From: a virus
Lineage: Duplodnaviria > Caudoviricetes
DNA: 64,000 nucleotides
Reading direction: 5' to 3' (one strand)
IMG/VR virus record: IMGVR_UViG_3300010163_000022
Span: 658 to 64,657 of that record
The translations under genes and the position numbers were made by a program. The first letter of the stretch is position 1. Each line of letters starts with the position of its first letter. Below are positions 1 to 9,862 of the stretch, piece after piece. Below the pieces are notes generated by a model. It did not search any database and was not told the origin of the DNA. It saw only the letters and a program-made list of their open reading frames with translations.

Positions 1-154
1 ATATAGTTAGTATTAGTCATATAATGACCAACAATAATTATTTAATTGATTTAAAATTTAGTTTTTCTGGAAAATCCATTTTAAAACATTAAATTTAATT
101 AATCAACTTATAGCAAATAGTATAAATATTTATTTATTAAAGGAGGAATTAAGT

Positions 155-991
155 ATGAATGATAATGAAAATTTGGCTATAAAAGAAGTAAATTTTTTAG
201 GTGATACTTTAGTTGCAGTAAAAGACAATCAAAGTAATATTTATGTAGGTGTAAGATGGATTTGTAATGGTATAGGATTATCTGAGGGGCAAAGAAAAAG
301 ACAAATATCAAATATTCAATCAGATTTAGTTTTGTCTAAAGGGGTATCAAATTTGATCCTCCCTACAAATGGCGGTAATCAAGAAGTGGTATGTTTATTA
401 TTAGATTATATCCCTTTATGGTTAGCTAAAATTAATATTACTCCAACTATGATGCAAGAAAATCCAAACCTAGTTACTAAGTTAATACAATATCAGTTAA
501 AGTGTAAAGATGTATTAGCTAATGCATTTCTATCTCAATTAAATTATCAATATAAATTACCAACAAATTATATAGAAGCTTTAGAACAGTTAGTAGTAGC
601 AGAAAAAGAAAAAGAACAATTAAAAATAGAAAATAAACAACAGCAAGAAAAAATAAAGCAAGATGCTTCTAAAGTTAGTTATTATGATATGATATTAAAA
701 AATAAAAGTTTATTATCTACAACTCAGATTGCTAAAGATTATGGTATGAGTGCTAGAAAATTTAATGAAATTCTTTATAAATTAAAAATTCAATTTAAGC
801 AAAGTGGACAATGGGTTCTATATAGTAATTATCAAAATAAAGGCTATGTTTCAAGTTATACTTTTACATTTGATGATAATAAATCTAAATTAATGACTAA
901 GTGGACTCAAAAAGGTAGAATATTTTTATATAATTTTCTTAAAGAAAATAAAATATTACCAACAATAGAACAAGAAGTTTTAAATTTTTAG
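155..991 (+). CDS. Phage antirepressor (P22 AR N-terminal-like + ANT/KilAC C-terminal domain)
   Basis: N-term EVNFLGDTLVAV...YVGVRWICNGIGL; C-term KVSYYDMIL...TTQIAKDYGMSA...WTQKGRIFLY; AGGAGG RBS. Confidence 0.9.
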   Translation: MNDNENLAIKEVNFLGDTLVAVKDNQSNIYVGVRWICNGIGLSEGQRKRQISNIQSDLVLSKGVSNLILPTNGGNQEVVCLLLDYIPLWLAKINITPTMMQENPNLVTKLIQYQLKCKDVLANAFLSQLNYQYKLPTNYIEALEQLVVAEKEKEQLKIENKQQQEKIKQDASKVSYYDMILKNKSLLSTTQIAKDYGMSARKFNEILYKLKIQFKQSGQWVLYSNYQNKGYVSSYTFTFDDNKSKLMTKWTQKGRIFLYNFLKENKILPTIEQEVLNF

Positions 992-1003
992 GAGAATTAT
1001 AAA

Positions 1004-1387
1004 ATGAATGAAAATAATTTAAAATTTTTAGAGCTTATGGATAAAAAAGATTTTTTTACATCAGATAAATTAATAGAAGTAATTAAAAATCAATTAATAA
1101 ATTATTTAGATTATATAGTATCTTTTATAGAAAAAATAAATAATAAATCTGTTACAAATTTTACTAATTTAAGTAATTTAGTATATTTATTAAGTAAAAA
1201 TTTAGATTTTTATGCAGAGCAAGCAGAAGATAGAAATTATATAAGAGAATTAATTATTAAATTTTTTATATTATTAGAAAATTATAGCAGCAATTTTAAT
1301 AATCAATATAATTTAATTAGCTTATCACATTTATCATTATTAAAAGCAACTTGTCAAATTACTGAAGCTTTAGAATTATTTTTATAA
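1004..1387 (+). CDS. Hypothetical protein
   Basis: 127-aa ORF with AGGAG RBS, co-oriented; no motif recognised. Confidence 0.75.
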   Translation: MNENNLKFLELMDKKDFFTSDKLIEVIKNQLINYLDYIVSFIEKINNKSVTNFTNLSNLVYLLSKNLDFYAEQAEDRNYIRELIIKFFILLENYSSNFNNQYNLISLSHLSLLKATCQITEALELFL

Positions 1388-1393
1388 AATAAA

Positions 1394-1421
1394 TTTACAC
1401 TTTATTTTTATCAGATATAAT
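1394..1421 (+). promoter_or_regulatory. Conserved phage promoter (TTTACA-16 bp-TATAAT)
   Basis: TTTACA ctttatttttatcaga TATAAT; one of nine near-identical copies. Confidence 0.8.
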
Positions 1422-1460
1422 ATTTAATATAAAATTTATTAAAATTATGGAGGTAATAAA

Positions 1461-2378
1461 ATGAGTAATGGACAATTAAGAGAATTAACAAATGAAGTGG
1501 AAATTGTAGGAACATTAAAAAGTTTAGAATGTGAACATTTTACGTCAAAGTCATTAGATGAATATTTAAAAGTAACAGCAGTAATTATGTGTAAAGAAGA
1601 TAATAAAATTCACGAACATACAGTTAAAGCTTTTGCAAAAAAAGGTAGTAAACCATATAAATCTTTAGAAACTGTTGCAACTCAATATCGAGCAGAAGAT
1701 AATCCTCTTTTAGAAGGTGAGCCAGATAGAGTTAGAGTTATAGGTAAATTAAAATTTAATGAATATTATAATCAAAATAAAAGCAAAATAGTAGAATTTA
1801 ATGAAATACAAGGCTCATTTTTTAATAGACTTAAAAAAGATGATGTTAGTTCAGATACAGCTATTGCGATTATTGGTACAGTTATTGATAATTATGTAGA
1901 AGAAATTATAAATCAAGTACCTACAGGTAATTATTTAGTTAATTGTTTTACAATAGGTTATAATAATGATTATATTCAATTATGTAATGTTGTTATTTCT
2001 AAAGAATTAGCTTCCGAATTTTTAAATTTTTATGAACCAGGTAAAACAGGTGTTTTAACTTATAAAATTAATAATTATGTAGAATTAGAAAAATCAAATA
2101 GTATTCAAAGTAATCATGGATTTGGTTCAAAAGAAAAAATTAATAATGTTGTTAAAAAATATGTTAATAATTTAGAAATAATAGGTGGGGATTTACCTTT
2201 AATGCCTCCTGAAGAATATACAGCTGAAGAAATTAAAGATGCTAAAAAAATTCACGAATTAAAATTACAATCTTTTAATACTGCTGCTACTTCTATGTTA
2301 AAAGGATTTAAACATAATAATAAAAACAATGATTTTTATCCTGAGCCAGATGAATTTGATGAAGATTTACCTTTTTAA
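1461..2378 (+). CDS. ssb: Single-stranded DNA-binding protein (SPbeta/c-st-like phage type)
   Basis: OB-fold-like N-term (NEVEIVGTLKS) and acidic SSB tail ending DEFDEDLPF; replication context. Confidence 0.75.
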   Translation: MSNGQLRELTNEVEIVGTLKSLECEHFTSKSLDEYLKVTAVIMCKEDNKIHEHTVKAFAKKGSKPYKSLETVATQYRAEDNPLLEGEPDRVRVIGKLKFNEYYNQNKSKIVEFNEIQGSFFNRLKKDDVSSDTAIAIIGTVIDNYVEEIINQVPTGNYLVNCFTIGYNNDYIQLCNVVISKELASEFLNFYEPGKTGVLTYKINNYVELEKSNSIQSNHGFGSKEKINNVVKKYVNNLEIIGGDLPLMPPEEYTAEEIKDAKKIHELKLQSFNTAATSMLKGFKHNNKNNDFYPEPDEFDEDLPF

Positions 2379-2390
2379 ATAAATTTATTA

Positions 2391-2411
2391 TATCCCCTGT
2401 TTAAGGGGATA
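2391..2411 (+). terminator. Intrinsic terminator-like hairpin
   Basis: TATCCCCT-GTTTA-AGGGGATA just after the ssb stop. Confidence 0.65.
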
Positions 2412-2439
2412 AATTTTAATAAATAGGGAGATTAATAAT

Positions 2440-3006
2440 ATGCAAAAATTAAATGAAGAACAACAAAAATTAGTTGAAGATAATTATAAGTTAATTTATT
2501 TTTTTCTTAAAAAATATAATTTAGATAATGAAGATTGGTATGATATTGCAGCAATAGGCTTATGTAAAGCAGCTAAAGCATATAAACCAGGAGCAACAAA
2601 ATTTTCTACATATGCTATGGTAGTAATGTTAAATGAAATTAAAATTGAAAAAAGGAAAAAGCTATATAAACAAAAAAGTAAAGAAATTAGTTATAATATT
2701 CCATTGGCTAAAAGTAAAGACAGTTTAGAAGAATTAATGCTTGAGGATATTTTAGAAAATAAGAAGAGTTCTGATTTAAGTTCTTATTATATTTATAAAA
2801 AAGCATTTAAAGATAGTTTAAACGCATTTGATAAAATTAAACAATCAATTATTTTAGATTTAATTTCGGGTTATAATCAAGTTGAAGTTTGTGAAAAATA
2901 TAAAATTTATTCTCAATCTTATATTTCTAAAATATATAAAGATTTTAAACAAAAATTTTTAATAAAGGCAGGAGAAAGCGATGGAAGAAACATTAAAAAG
3001 AGGTGA
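2440..3006 (+). CDS. Sigma-70 family RNA polymerase sigma factor (phage)
   Basis: Region 2 motif LVEDNYKLIY...DIAAIGLCKAAKAY...KFSTYA; C-terminal HTH (GYNQVEVCEKY..SQSYISKI). Confidence 0.85.
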   Translation: MQKLNEEQQKLVEDNYKLIYFFLKKYNLDNEDWYDIAAIGLCKAAKAYKPGATKFSTYAMVVMLNEIKIEKRKKLYKQKSKEISYNIPLAKSKDSLEELMLEDILENKKSSDLSSYYIYKKAFKDSLNAFDKIKQSIILDLISGYNQVEVCEKYKIYSQSYISKIYKDFKQKFLIKAGESDGRNIKKR

Positions 3007-3340
3007 TATTTATATTGCAGATTTAGCTAAAGGAATTGGTTCAGAAGAATATGGAATAAGACCTGTTATAATTATAAGTAACGATATAGGTAATAATTAT
3101 AGTCCTATTGTTATAGTAGTTCCTATTACTACAAAACATGGACAAGTTTGTAAAAATAAAAAATTTAAAGGCTTACCTATTCACGTAAGAATTGAAGAAT
3201 TAGATAAAATATCTTATGCGCTATGTGAACAAATTCAAACTATTAGCAAAGAAAGATTAAAAAATAGAATTTCTAGATTATCTAATTTTACTAAAGATAA
3301 AGTAGATTTAGCTTTAAAAATATCTTTAGGAATTGATTAA
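2981..3340 (+). CDS. PemK/MazF-family endoribonuclease, no adjacent antitoxin
   Basis: KRGDIYIADL..GIGSEEYGIRPVIIISNDIGN..SPIVIVVPITT...ALCEQIQTISKERL. Confidence 0.9.
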   Translation: MEETLKRGDIYIADLAKGIGSEEYGIRPVIIISNDIGNNYSPIVIVVPITTKHGQVCKNKKFKGLPIHVRIEELDKISYALCEQIQTISKERLKNRISRLSNFTKDKVDLALKISLGID

Positions 3341-3347
3341 AAATTGA

Positions 3348-3375
3348 TTTACATTTTACTTTTATCAGATATAAT
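3348..3375 (+). promoter_or_regulatory. Conserved phage promoter (TTTACA-16 bp-TATAAT)
   Basis: TTTACA ttttacttttatcaga TATAAT. Confidence 0.8.
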
Positions 3376-3419
3376 ATATATTATAATAAATAAAATTTAA
3401 TTGTAAAGGAGACTTATTA

Positions 3420-4457
3420 ATGATTGATTTATTAAATTTGGAACCAGTAAAAACTAGTATTGATTTAAATTCTTATACAACTTTTATTTATGGAATACCT
3501 AAAATAGGAAAATCAACTTTTGTCTATAATCTTTATAAAGATAAAGTATTATTTTTAGCTACAGAAAATAGATATAAAGTTTTGTCAGGAGCTATGGTAC
3601 AAAAAATTAATACATGGTCAGATTATTTAACAGTATTAGCTCAATTAAGAAATTCTAAATTAAAAGAAAAATTTGATGTTATTTGTATTGATACTGTAGA
3701 AAATTTATATAATATGCTTGAAGAATATATTTTAGCTAAATATAAAGAAACAGAATTTGGATTAGCTGATTGGGGAAAAGATTGGGTAGATTTAAAAAAT
3801 AGTTGGAAAAATGGTTTATCATTAATAGAACAAATTGGATATTCGCCTTGTTTTATTTCTCACGCAATTCAAGTAACAGAAAAAATACCTGCTTCTGGTA
3901 TATTAAAAGAACAAGTAAATAATACAATGACTTTAGTTAAAAATAAAAATAGCGAAGATTATTATGAGTTTACAAAATATGTACCAGATTTAAAAGACAA
4001 AGTTTTTTCACCTATTAATAAAATGGTAGATAATATTTTATTTATGAATATAACTACTGATGAAAAAGGTGCAGAGCATAGAGTTGCTTATTTAAGAGGC
4101 TCTTTACAATGGCTAGCTGGTTCAACTTTTACAGATATTAAGTCAGTTATTCCTTTAGATGCTGAAGAATATAAGAAAGCTGTAAATGAAGCATTAAATT
4201 TAATTGATAAAGATTATACTAAAATAGAAAAAGAAGAAAATTCTTATGACTCTCAGCAAGAATTAGATTTTGATGAATTAATGAATGAAGCTAAAAAAAT
4301 AGGAGTAGATTTAATAAAAGCAGATAAAAAAATTGAAATGCAAAAAATAGTTGATGAAGTTTTTGGTGTAGGTAATAAATTAACTTTAGCTACAAAAGAT
4401 CAGGTTCAATTATTATATGTTGCTGTTCAACGATTAAAAGAATTATTAGAGGCTTAG
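3420..4457 (+). CDS. AAA_24/Sak4-like ATPase (SPbeta YorG-like)
   Basis: Walker A GIPKIGKST, Walker B VICIDT, FISH motif. Confidence 0.85.
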   Translation: MIDLLNLEPVKTSIDLNSYTTFIYGIPKIGKSTFVYNLYKDKVLFLATENRYKVLSGAMVQKINTWSDYLTVLAQLRNSKLKEKFDVICIDTVENLYNMLEEYILAKYKETEFGLADWGKDWVDLKNSWKNGLSLIEQIGYSPCFISHAIQVTEKIPASGILKEQVNNTMTLVKNKNSEDYYEFTKYVPDLKDKVFSPINKMVDNILFMNITTDEKGAEHRVAYLRGSLQWLAGSTFTDIKSVIPLDAEEYKKAVNEALNLIDKDYTKIEKEENSYDSQQELDFDELMNEAKKIGVDLIKADKKIEMQKIVDEVFGVGNKLTLATKDQVQLLYVAVQRLKELLEA

Positions 4458-4467
4458 ACCTCTAATA
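4444..4467 (+). terminator. Intrinsic terminator
   Basis: TATTAGAGG-CTTAGA-CCTCTAATA then T-run; spans the ATPase stop codon. Confidence 0.7.
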
Positions 4468-4515
4468 TATTTTTTATTATTTATACTATTTTATAAAACT
4501 TATAGGGGGATTAAT

Positions 4516-4716
4516 ATGATTACTTTATATTCTACAGATTGTCCAAAATGTAAAATTTTAAAAGAAGAATTAAATAAAAAAGGTATTAGCTTTGAAGAAG
4601 TAAATGATGTTGATAAAATGATAAAAATAGGAATTGCAACAGTTCCTTTATTAAAATTAGAAAATGATAAAATATTAGGATTTTATGATGCTTATAAATT
4701 TATAAAAACAATATAG
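4516..4716 (+). CDS. Glutaredoxin-like protein (NrdH-like)
   Basis: CPKC redox motif, TVP motif; upstream of nrdD. Confidence 0.85.
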   Translation: MITLYSTDCPKCKILKEELNKKGISFEEVNDVDKMIKIGIATVPLLKLENDKILGFYDAYKFIKTI

Positions 4717-4729
4717 GAGGATTATAAAA

Positions 4730-6682
4730 ATGAGTAATACAGATTTTAATATTAAAATGAATTTAGATAAAGATTTTGTACATTTTTTAAAATTTTTATA
4801 TCAAAAGTATGATGAAAATTTAGCAAGAATTAATGGCTTTCATAATGAAAATCTTAATTTTACTGATTTTATTGATAATTTTATTGATAGTCAAACAGTA
4901 GCAGATGTTAGTCCAGATACAAATGCAAATAGTTCAACTAAAGATGTTAATACATTAATGTCAGATATGACAAAGCCCCATTCTAAATTATTATCTTATA
5001 ATAAAATTTTTTATGAATTAAAAAAGGCGTATGGATTAGAAATAGCAGAAGAATGGTTTGAAGATGAATATAATGGAGTTTTTTATCTTCATAATGCAGC
5101 AACTTCTACTTTTAAACCTTATTGTTTTGCTTATGATTTAGATGAGGTAGTAGAAAAAGGATTATTTTTTATTAATAAATTTAAATCTAAACCAGCTCAA
5201 CATTTAACAACATTTAATGACCATGTTTTAGAATTTATAAGTTGGAATTCAAATCGTACTTCTGGAGCTGTAGGTTTACCTTCATATTTAATTTATTCTT
5301 TTTATTTTTGGAAGAAAGATGTAGAAAATAATTTTTATTTAAAAAATCCAGAATATTATAGAAGACAATGCTTTCAAAAATTTATTTATGATTTAAACCA
5401 ACCTTATTTAAGAATTACTGAATGTGCTTTTACAAATATAACTATTATGGATAGAGAATATTTAGTTAGTATTTTTGGAGACAGAAAGTATCCTGATGGA
5501 ACTAATATTATAGATTATATTGAAGAGCTTATAGAATATCAAAAATGTTTTATGGAAGTAGTTTCAGAAATAAGAAAAGAACAGTTTATGACTTTTCCTG
5601 TTTTAACTTATTCTTTATTATATCAAAATAATAAATTTGTAGATGAAGAATTTGCTAAATGGTGTTGTAATCATAATAATTTATGGTATGATAGTAATTT
5701 TTATGTAGGTAATGATGTAGCTTCATTAAGTAATTGTTGTAGATTATTATCTGATACTAAAAAACTTAAAGGATTTATAAATTCTATTGGTGGAACTTCT
5801 TTGCAAATTGGCTCAGTACAAGTTAATACTATTAATTTACGACGTATAGCTTTAATTGCAGATATGTTATCTAGTGATAAAACTAAATCTGAAATAAAAT
5901 TTTATTTTATGTTTAATTTAAAGCAAAAAGTAGAATTATGTATAAAAGTTTTAAAAATAATTAGAAGAATTATTAAACGTAATGTTGAAAAAGGTTTGCT
6001 TCCTAATTATAGTTATGGTTTAATAAAATTAGAAAAACAATACTCTACAATAGGAATTACTGCAATGTATGAAGCTTTAAATGATTTAGGTATGATAGAA
6101 GAAGATGAATTTGGTAATAAATATTATACTAAAGAAGGATTAGAATTTGCATCAGATATTTTTTCTATAATTAATGAATGTATAGAAAATCAAAATGTAG
6201 ATTTTAGTTTTAATATAGAAGCAGTACCAGCAGAAAGAGCTAATGTAGTTTTATGCCAAAAAGATAATTTAATATATAAACCTAATAAAGAATATTTTAT
6301 TTACAGTAATCAATGGATACCTCTTCAGGAAAAATGTACATTAGATGAAAAAATAAAATTAGGTTCAATTTTAGATAAACAATGTGGAGGAGGTCAAATT
6401 AGTCATATTAATTTACAAGCTCCTTTTAATAATGATAAACAGTCTTGGGATTTATTAAATTATATAGCAAGTAAAGGCGTTATTTATTTTGCTTATAATG
6501 TAAAAACTTTTGTGTGCGAAGATGGTCATGGATTTTTTGGACAAATTTGTCCTAATTGTGGAAAACCAGTAGCAGATAGTTATTCTAGAGTAGTTGGATT
6601 TTTAACACCTGTTTCTTCTTATAGTAAAGAAAGAAGGCAGGAATTTAATAAAAGAAAGTGGTTTGATTTAAATGAGAATTAG
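4730..6682 (+). CDS. nrdD: Anaerobic (class III) ribonucleoside-triphosphate reductase, no ATP cone
   Basis: SNCCRL active site, C-terminal Zn ribbon CEDGH..CPNCG, glycyl-radical loop YSRVVGFL. Confidence 0.95.
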   Translation: MSNTDFNIKMNLDKDFVHFLKFLYQKYDENLARINGFHNENLNFTDFIDNFIDSQTVADVSPDTNANSSTKDVNTLMSDMTKPHSKLLSYNKIFYELKKAYGLEIAEEWFEDEYNGVFYLHNAATSTFKPYCFAYDLDEVVEKGLFFINKFKSKPAQHLTTFNDHVLEFISWNSNRTSGAVGLPSYLIYSFYFWKKDVENNFYLKNPEYYRRQCFQKFIYDLNQPYLRITECAFTNITIMDREYLVSIFGDRKYPDGTNIIDYIEELIEYQKCFMEVVSEIRKEQFMTFPVLTYSLLYQNNKFVDEEFAKWCCNHNNLWYDSNFYVGNDVASLSNCCRLLSDTKKLKGFINSIGGTSLQIGSVQVNTINLRRIALIADMLSSDKTKSEIKFYFMFNLKQKVELCIKVLKIIRRIIKRNVEKGLLPNYSYGLIKLEKQYSTIGITAMYEALNDLGMIEEDEFGNKYYTKEGLEFASDIFSIINECIENQNVDFSFNIEAVPAERANVVLCQKDNLIYKPNKEYFIYSNQWIPLQEKCTLDEKIKLGSILDKQCGGGQISHINLQAPFNNDKQSWDLLNYIASKGVIYFAYNVKTFVCEDGHGFFGQICPNCGKPVADSYSRVVGFLTPVSSYSKERRQEFNKRKWFDLNEN

Positions 6683-7208
6683 GACTGTTATGGATGAAAA
6701 TTATCAAGATTATAAAAAGCCTTCTATGTTAATAGCTACAGCTTTTTGTGATTGGAAATGTTGTATAGAAGGAGAATTTGATATGGAAATTTGTCAAAAT
6801 TATCATTTAGCTAAAGGTAAAATAGTTGATATAAGTAATGAAAAATTATTTAATAGATATAAAGCTAATAAATTAACTTCTGCAATTATATTAGGTGGAT
6901 TAGAGCCTTTTATGCAATTTAAAGAAATTTATGATTTTATAAAGTATGTTAGAGATAATAATTGTAATGATGATATTATTATTTATACAGGTTATAATTA
7001 TGATGAAATTCATAAAAAAATAGAAATTTTAAGAAGTTATAAAAATTTAATTGTAAAATTTGGAAGATATAAAATAAACGGAAGAAAAAAATATGATGAA
7101 ATGCTTGGCGTAGAATTAGTTTCTGAAAATCAATATGCTGCCAAAATTTTAACGTGGGAGGAGATAAAATCAATTGCAAAATCAAATAAAGAAAAAAGAA
7201 ATAGATGA
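6672..7208 (+). CDS. nrdG: Class III RNR activase (radical SAM)
   Basis: CDWKC..CQN cluster motif, LGGLEPF, YTGY, KFGRY; overlaps nrdD. Confidence 0.9.
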   Translation: MRIRTVMDENYQDYKKPSMLIATAFCDWKCCIEGEFDMEICQNYHLAKGKIVDISNEKLFNRYKANKLTSAIILGGLEPFMQFKEIYDFIKYVRDNNCNDDIIIYTGYNYDEIHKKIEILRSYKNLIVKFGRYKINGRKKYDEMLGVELVSENQYAAKILTWEEIKSIAKSNKEKRNR

Positions 7209-7443
7209 TAAAATTAAAAAATTATCTATTGATATAGAATTAAATATAAAAGAAGTTATATCAAAAAATTTAAATAAAAAAATTGATGTTTCTGATTTTT
7301 TGTTAGCTTATTTATTAGCTGGAGCAGATATTTTTTATACGATAAATCCTTTAAAAGATAAAAAAAATCAAACACTACTTAATTTTATTTTATTAATAAA
7401 TATAATAGCAAAATCAATTGAAGTTAATAAAAAGGAAGACTAA
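7174..7443 (+). CDS. Hypothetical protein
   Basis: TTG start with GGAGGAG RBS; 89 aa. Confidence 0.65.
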   Translation: MQNQIKKKEIDDKIKKLSIDIELNIKEVISKNLNKKIDVSDFLLAYLLAGADIFYTINPLKDKKNQTLLNFILLINIIAKSIEVNKKED

Positions 7444-7445
7444 AT

Positions 7446-7664
7446 ATGAATTTTTTAAAAGTTATATTTAATTTTATAAATAAATTAGTAAATTTTGTAT
7501 TTAATTTATTTTTTATGCTTTTACCATTTATTTTTATTTCAATAGTATTAAAAACAAGTTTTATTTATCTTTTTAATGTTAATTTAAATTTTTATGGATT
7601 AGTATCTTTATTAATAGCTTTATTTTTATATTTATATATATTAATAATAGTAATAAATAAATAA
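7446..7664 (+). CDS. Small membrane protein (about 2 TM segments)
   Basis: Two hydrophobic stretches; AAGGAAG RBS. Confidence 0.7.
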   Translation: MNFLKVIFNFINKLVNFVFNLFFMLLPFIFISIVLKTSFIYLFNVNLNFYGLVSLLIALFLYLYILIIVINK

Positions 7665-7669
7665 GTATT

Positions 7670-7697
7670 AAAGTCTATCATTTTTATGATAGACTTT
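7670..7697 (+). terminator. Intrinsic terminator
   Basis: AAAGTCTATCA-TTTTTA-TGATAGACTTT, perfect 11-bp stem. Confidence 0.75.
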
Positions 7698-7699
7698 TG

Positions 7700-7727
7700 T
7701 TTACATTTGTAATTTATCAGATATAAT
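7700..7727 (+). promoter_or_regulatory. Conserved phage promoter (TTTACA-16 bp-TATAAT)
   Basis: TTTACA tttgtaatttatcaga TATAAT upstream of the replisome genes. Confidence 0.8.
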
Positions 7728-7765
7728 TTATAATATATAAATAAATTTAACAGGAGGATTACAAA

Positions 7766-8266
7766 ATGAAAAATAATAAAGAAAGATTATATAAATGCAA
7801 AGGGTCTTGTGGTAATAAATATTTGTTAAAAGAAATGTATCAAATCTCAAATCAAAATTATTGTAGTGAATGTTATAGAAATAAAATTAAAAATAACGAA
7901 GATAGAAAAAGATTATATTATTTAGTAAATAAAATATTTGATATTAGTTTTCCTACTGGATTAATGTTAAAGCAAATTAAAGATTATCAAGAAAAAAGAA
8001 ACTATAATTTAGAAAATTTGTATTTAGCTTTAAAATATGTAATAGAAATAAAAAAAATAAATTTAGATATTAAATTTGGATTAGCAATATTGCCTTATTA
8101 TTATGAAGAAGCTAAAAATTATTATGATAATTTAAAAAATAAAAAAAATAATATTAATTGTAAAAATATAAAATTAGTAAAAGTAAAATTAAATACGAAA
8201 GAAGATAAAAATAATTATAAAAATAATATACTAATAAATATGGATGACTTAGGAGATGATAAATAA
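7766..8266 (+). CDS. Putative helicase loader (SPbeta YorH-like, Zn finger)
   Basis: CKGSCG..YCSEC; LAILPYYYEEAKNYY; directly upstream of the helicase. Confidence 0.65.
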   Translation: MKNNKERLYKCKGSCGNKYLLKEMYQISNQNYCSECYRNKIKNNEDRKRLYYLVNKIFDISFPTGLMLKQIKDYQEKRNYNLENLYLALKYVIEIKKINLDIKFGLAILPYYYEEAKNYYDNLKNKKNNINCKNIKLVKVKLNTKEDKNNYKNNILINMDDLGDDK

Positions 8267-9848
8267 AATGGAAAATTTATTAGTTCCAAAAAGATCGATA
8301 TATATAATTTTAGGAGCTTTATGTATAAATCCATTTTTAATCAGAGAAAAAGACTTAAATAAAGAAGATTTTGCTATAGAATTATATAAGATTATATTTT
8401 CATCAATTTATAATTTAGTATATTCCAATCCAGGTATTCAAAAAATAGACCAAATTGATATTGATAATTATTTATCTACGTATCCTAGTTTATATAAAAT
8501 ATGGGAAAAATATAATGGTTATGATTATATAAAAGATTGTATAGCAAATACTAATTTACAAACTTTTAATAATCATTATGATCGATTAAAAAAATTTTCT
8601 TTACTTAGAGATTTAGTTAATAAAGATATAAGTGTATTAGATTTATATAATTATAAAAGCAATGATTTTGCACTTTTAGATAAAGATATGAAAAAAATTG
8701 ATAAAATGTCTTTAGATGAAATATCAGATCATTATTTATTAAAAGTTATTGATATTAGAGATAAATATAAAAATAAAAAATTATCTAAAGATTTTAAAGC
8801 TGGCGATGATATTGATGAACTATTAGATAGTTTAAATGAACAACCTGATTTTGGTCATCCATTTAAAAATGGCTATTATAATTACTTTTTTAGAGGTAAG
8901 CAATTAGGAAACTTTATGTTAAGATCTGCTAGTACTGGAGGAGGTAAAACACGATTATCTTTAGCTGATATTTTAGATGTAGGAATTGATGAAATATATA
9001 GTTTTAAAAGTAAAAAATATATAAAAAATGGGCCTTGTTATCCAAGTTTAATTATTTCTACTGAAATAAATAAGAAAAAATTACAAATTTTAATGTTGGC
9101 TTATATTTCTGGATTAGATACAAGAGTTATTAAAAATGGAAATTATTCAGAAGAAGTAAAAAATCGATTAGATACAGCTAAACAAATTTTAAAAAGAGCT
9201 CCAGTATATTTTATTTATACAAGTGATTTTTCAATTCAAGATATAGAATTAGATATTGAAAAATATATTTTAGAAAAAAATGTTAAATATATAGCTTTTG
9301 ATTATATTCAATTAACGCCAAAATTATCAAGAACAATGTCTAAAGAATTTGGATTAACATTAAGAGAAGATCAGATTTTAGTACAATTTTCTTCAGCTTT
9401 AAAAAGAATAGCAGAAAGTTATAATGTATTTATTTTATCAGGAACACAATTAAATAGAACAGCCAAAGATGAAAATAATCGAGATACTTCAGGTTTAAGA
9501 GGCGCTTCAAGTATAGGAGATAAAATTGATTATGGTATTATGACTTTTAAAACTAAAGAAAATGATTTAATAAAAATTAAACATATACTTGAAGGAAGAA
9601 TAGGATTAATAAAGCCAAATTTTTCTCATTGGATTTATAAAAATAGAGATGAAGAAGCTGAAGTAATAATTTGGTCTAATATGGATTTAGGCAATTTAAG
9701 AGAAAGACCATTATTTGTTACAGATATAGATTATAATTTATTAGAAATTAATCCTGTAGATATTATATATGATAATAGTGAAAATAGTAATGAAGAAGAA
9801 ATACTTAGTAATAGCGATAATTTTGAAAATGAATTAATAGATTTTTAA
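8256..9848 (+). CDS. DnaB-like replicative helicase (YorI-like)
   Basis: Walker A ASTGGGKT, IAFDYIQ, TQLNR, LRGASSIGDKID. Confidence 0.92.
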   Translation: MINKMENLLVPKRSIYIILGALCINPFLIREKDLNKEDFAIELYKIIFSSIYNLVYSNPGIQKIDQIDIDNYLSTYPSLYKIWEKYNGYDYIKDCIANTNLQTFNNHYDRLKKFSLLRDLVNKDISVLDLYNYKSNDFALLDKDMKKIDKMSLDEISDHYLLKVIDIRDKYKNKKLSKDFKAGDDIDELLDSLNEQPDFGHPFKNGYYNYFFRGKQLGNFMLRSASTGGGKTRLSLADILDVGIDEIYSFKSKKYIKNGPCYPSLIISTEINKKKLQILMLAYISGLDTRVIKNGNYSEEVKNRLDTAKQILKRAPVYFIYTSDFSIQDIELDIEKYILEKNVKYIAFDYIQLTPKLSRTMSKEFGLTLREDQILVQFSSALKRIAESYNVFILSGTQLNRTAKDENNRDTSGLRGASSIGDKIDYGIMTFKTKENDLIKIKHILEGRIGLIKPNFSHWIYKNRDEEAEVIIWSNMDLGNLRERPLFVTDIDYNLLEINPVDIIYDNSENSNEEEILSNSDNFENELIDF

Positions 9849-9862
9849 AAGAAGGTTAATAT

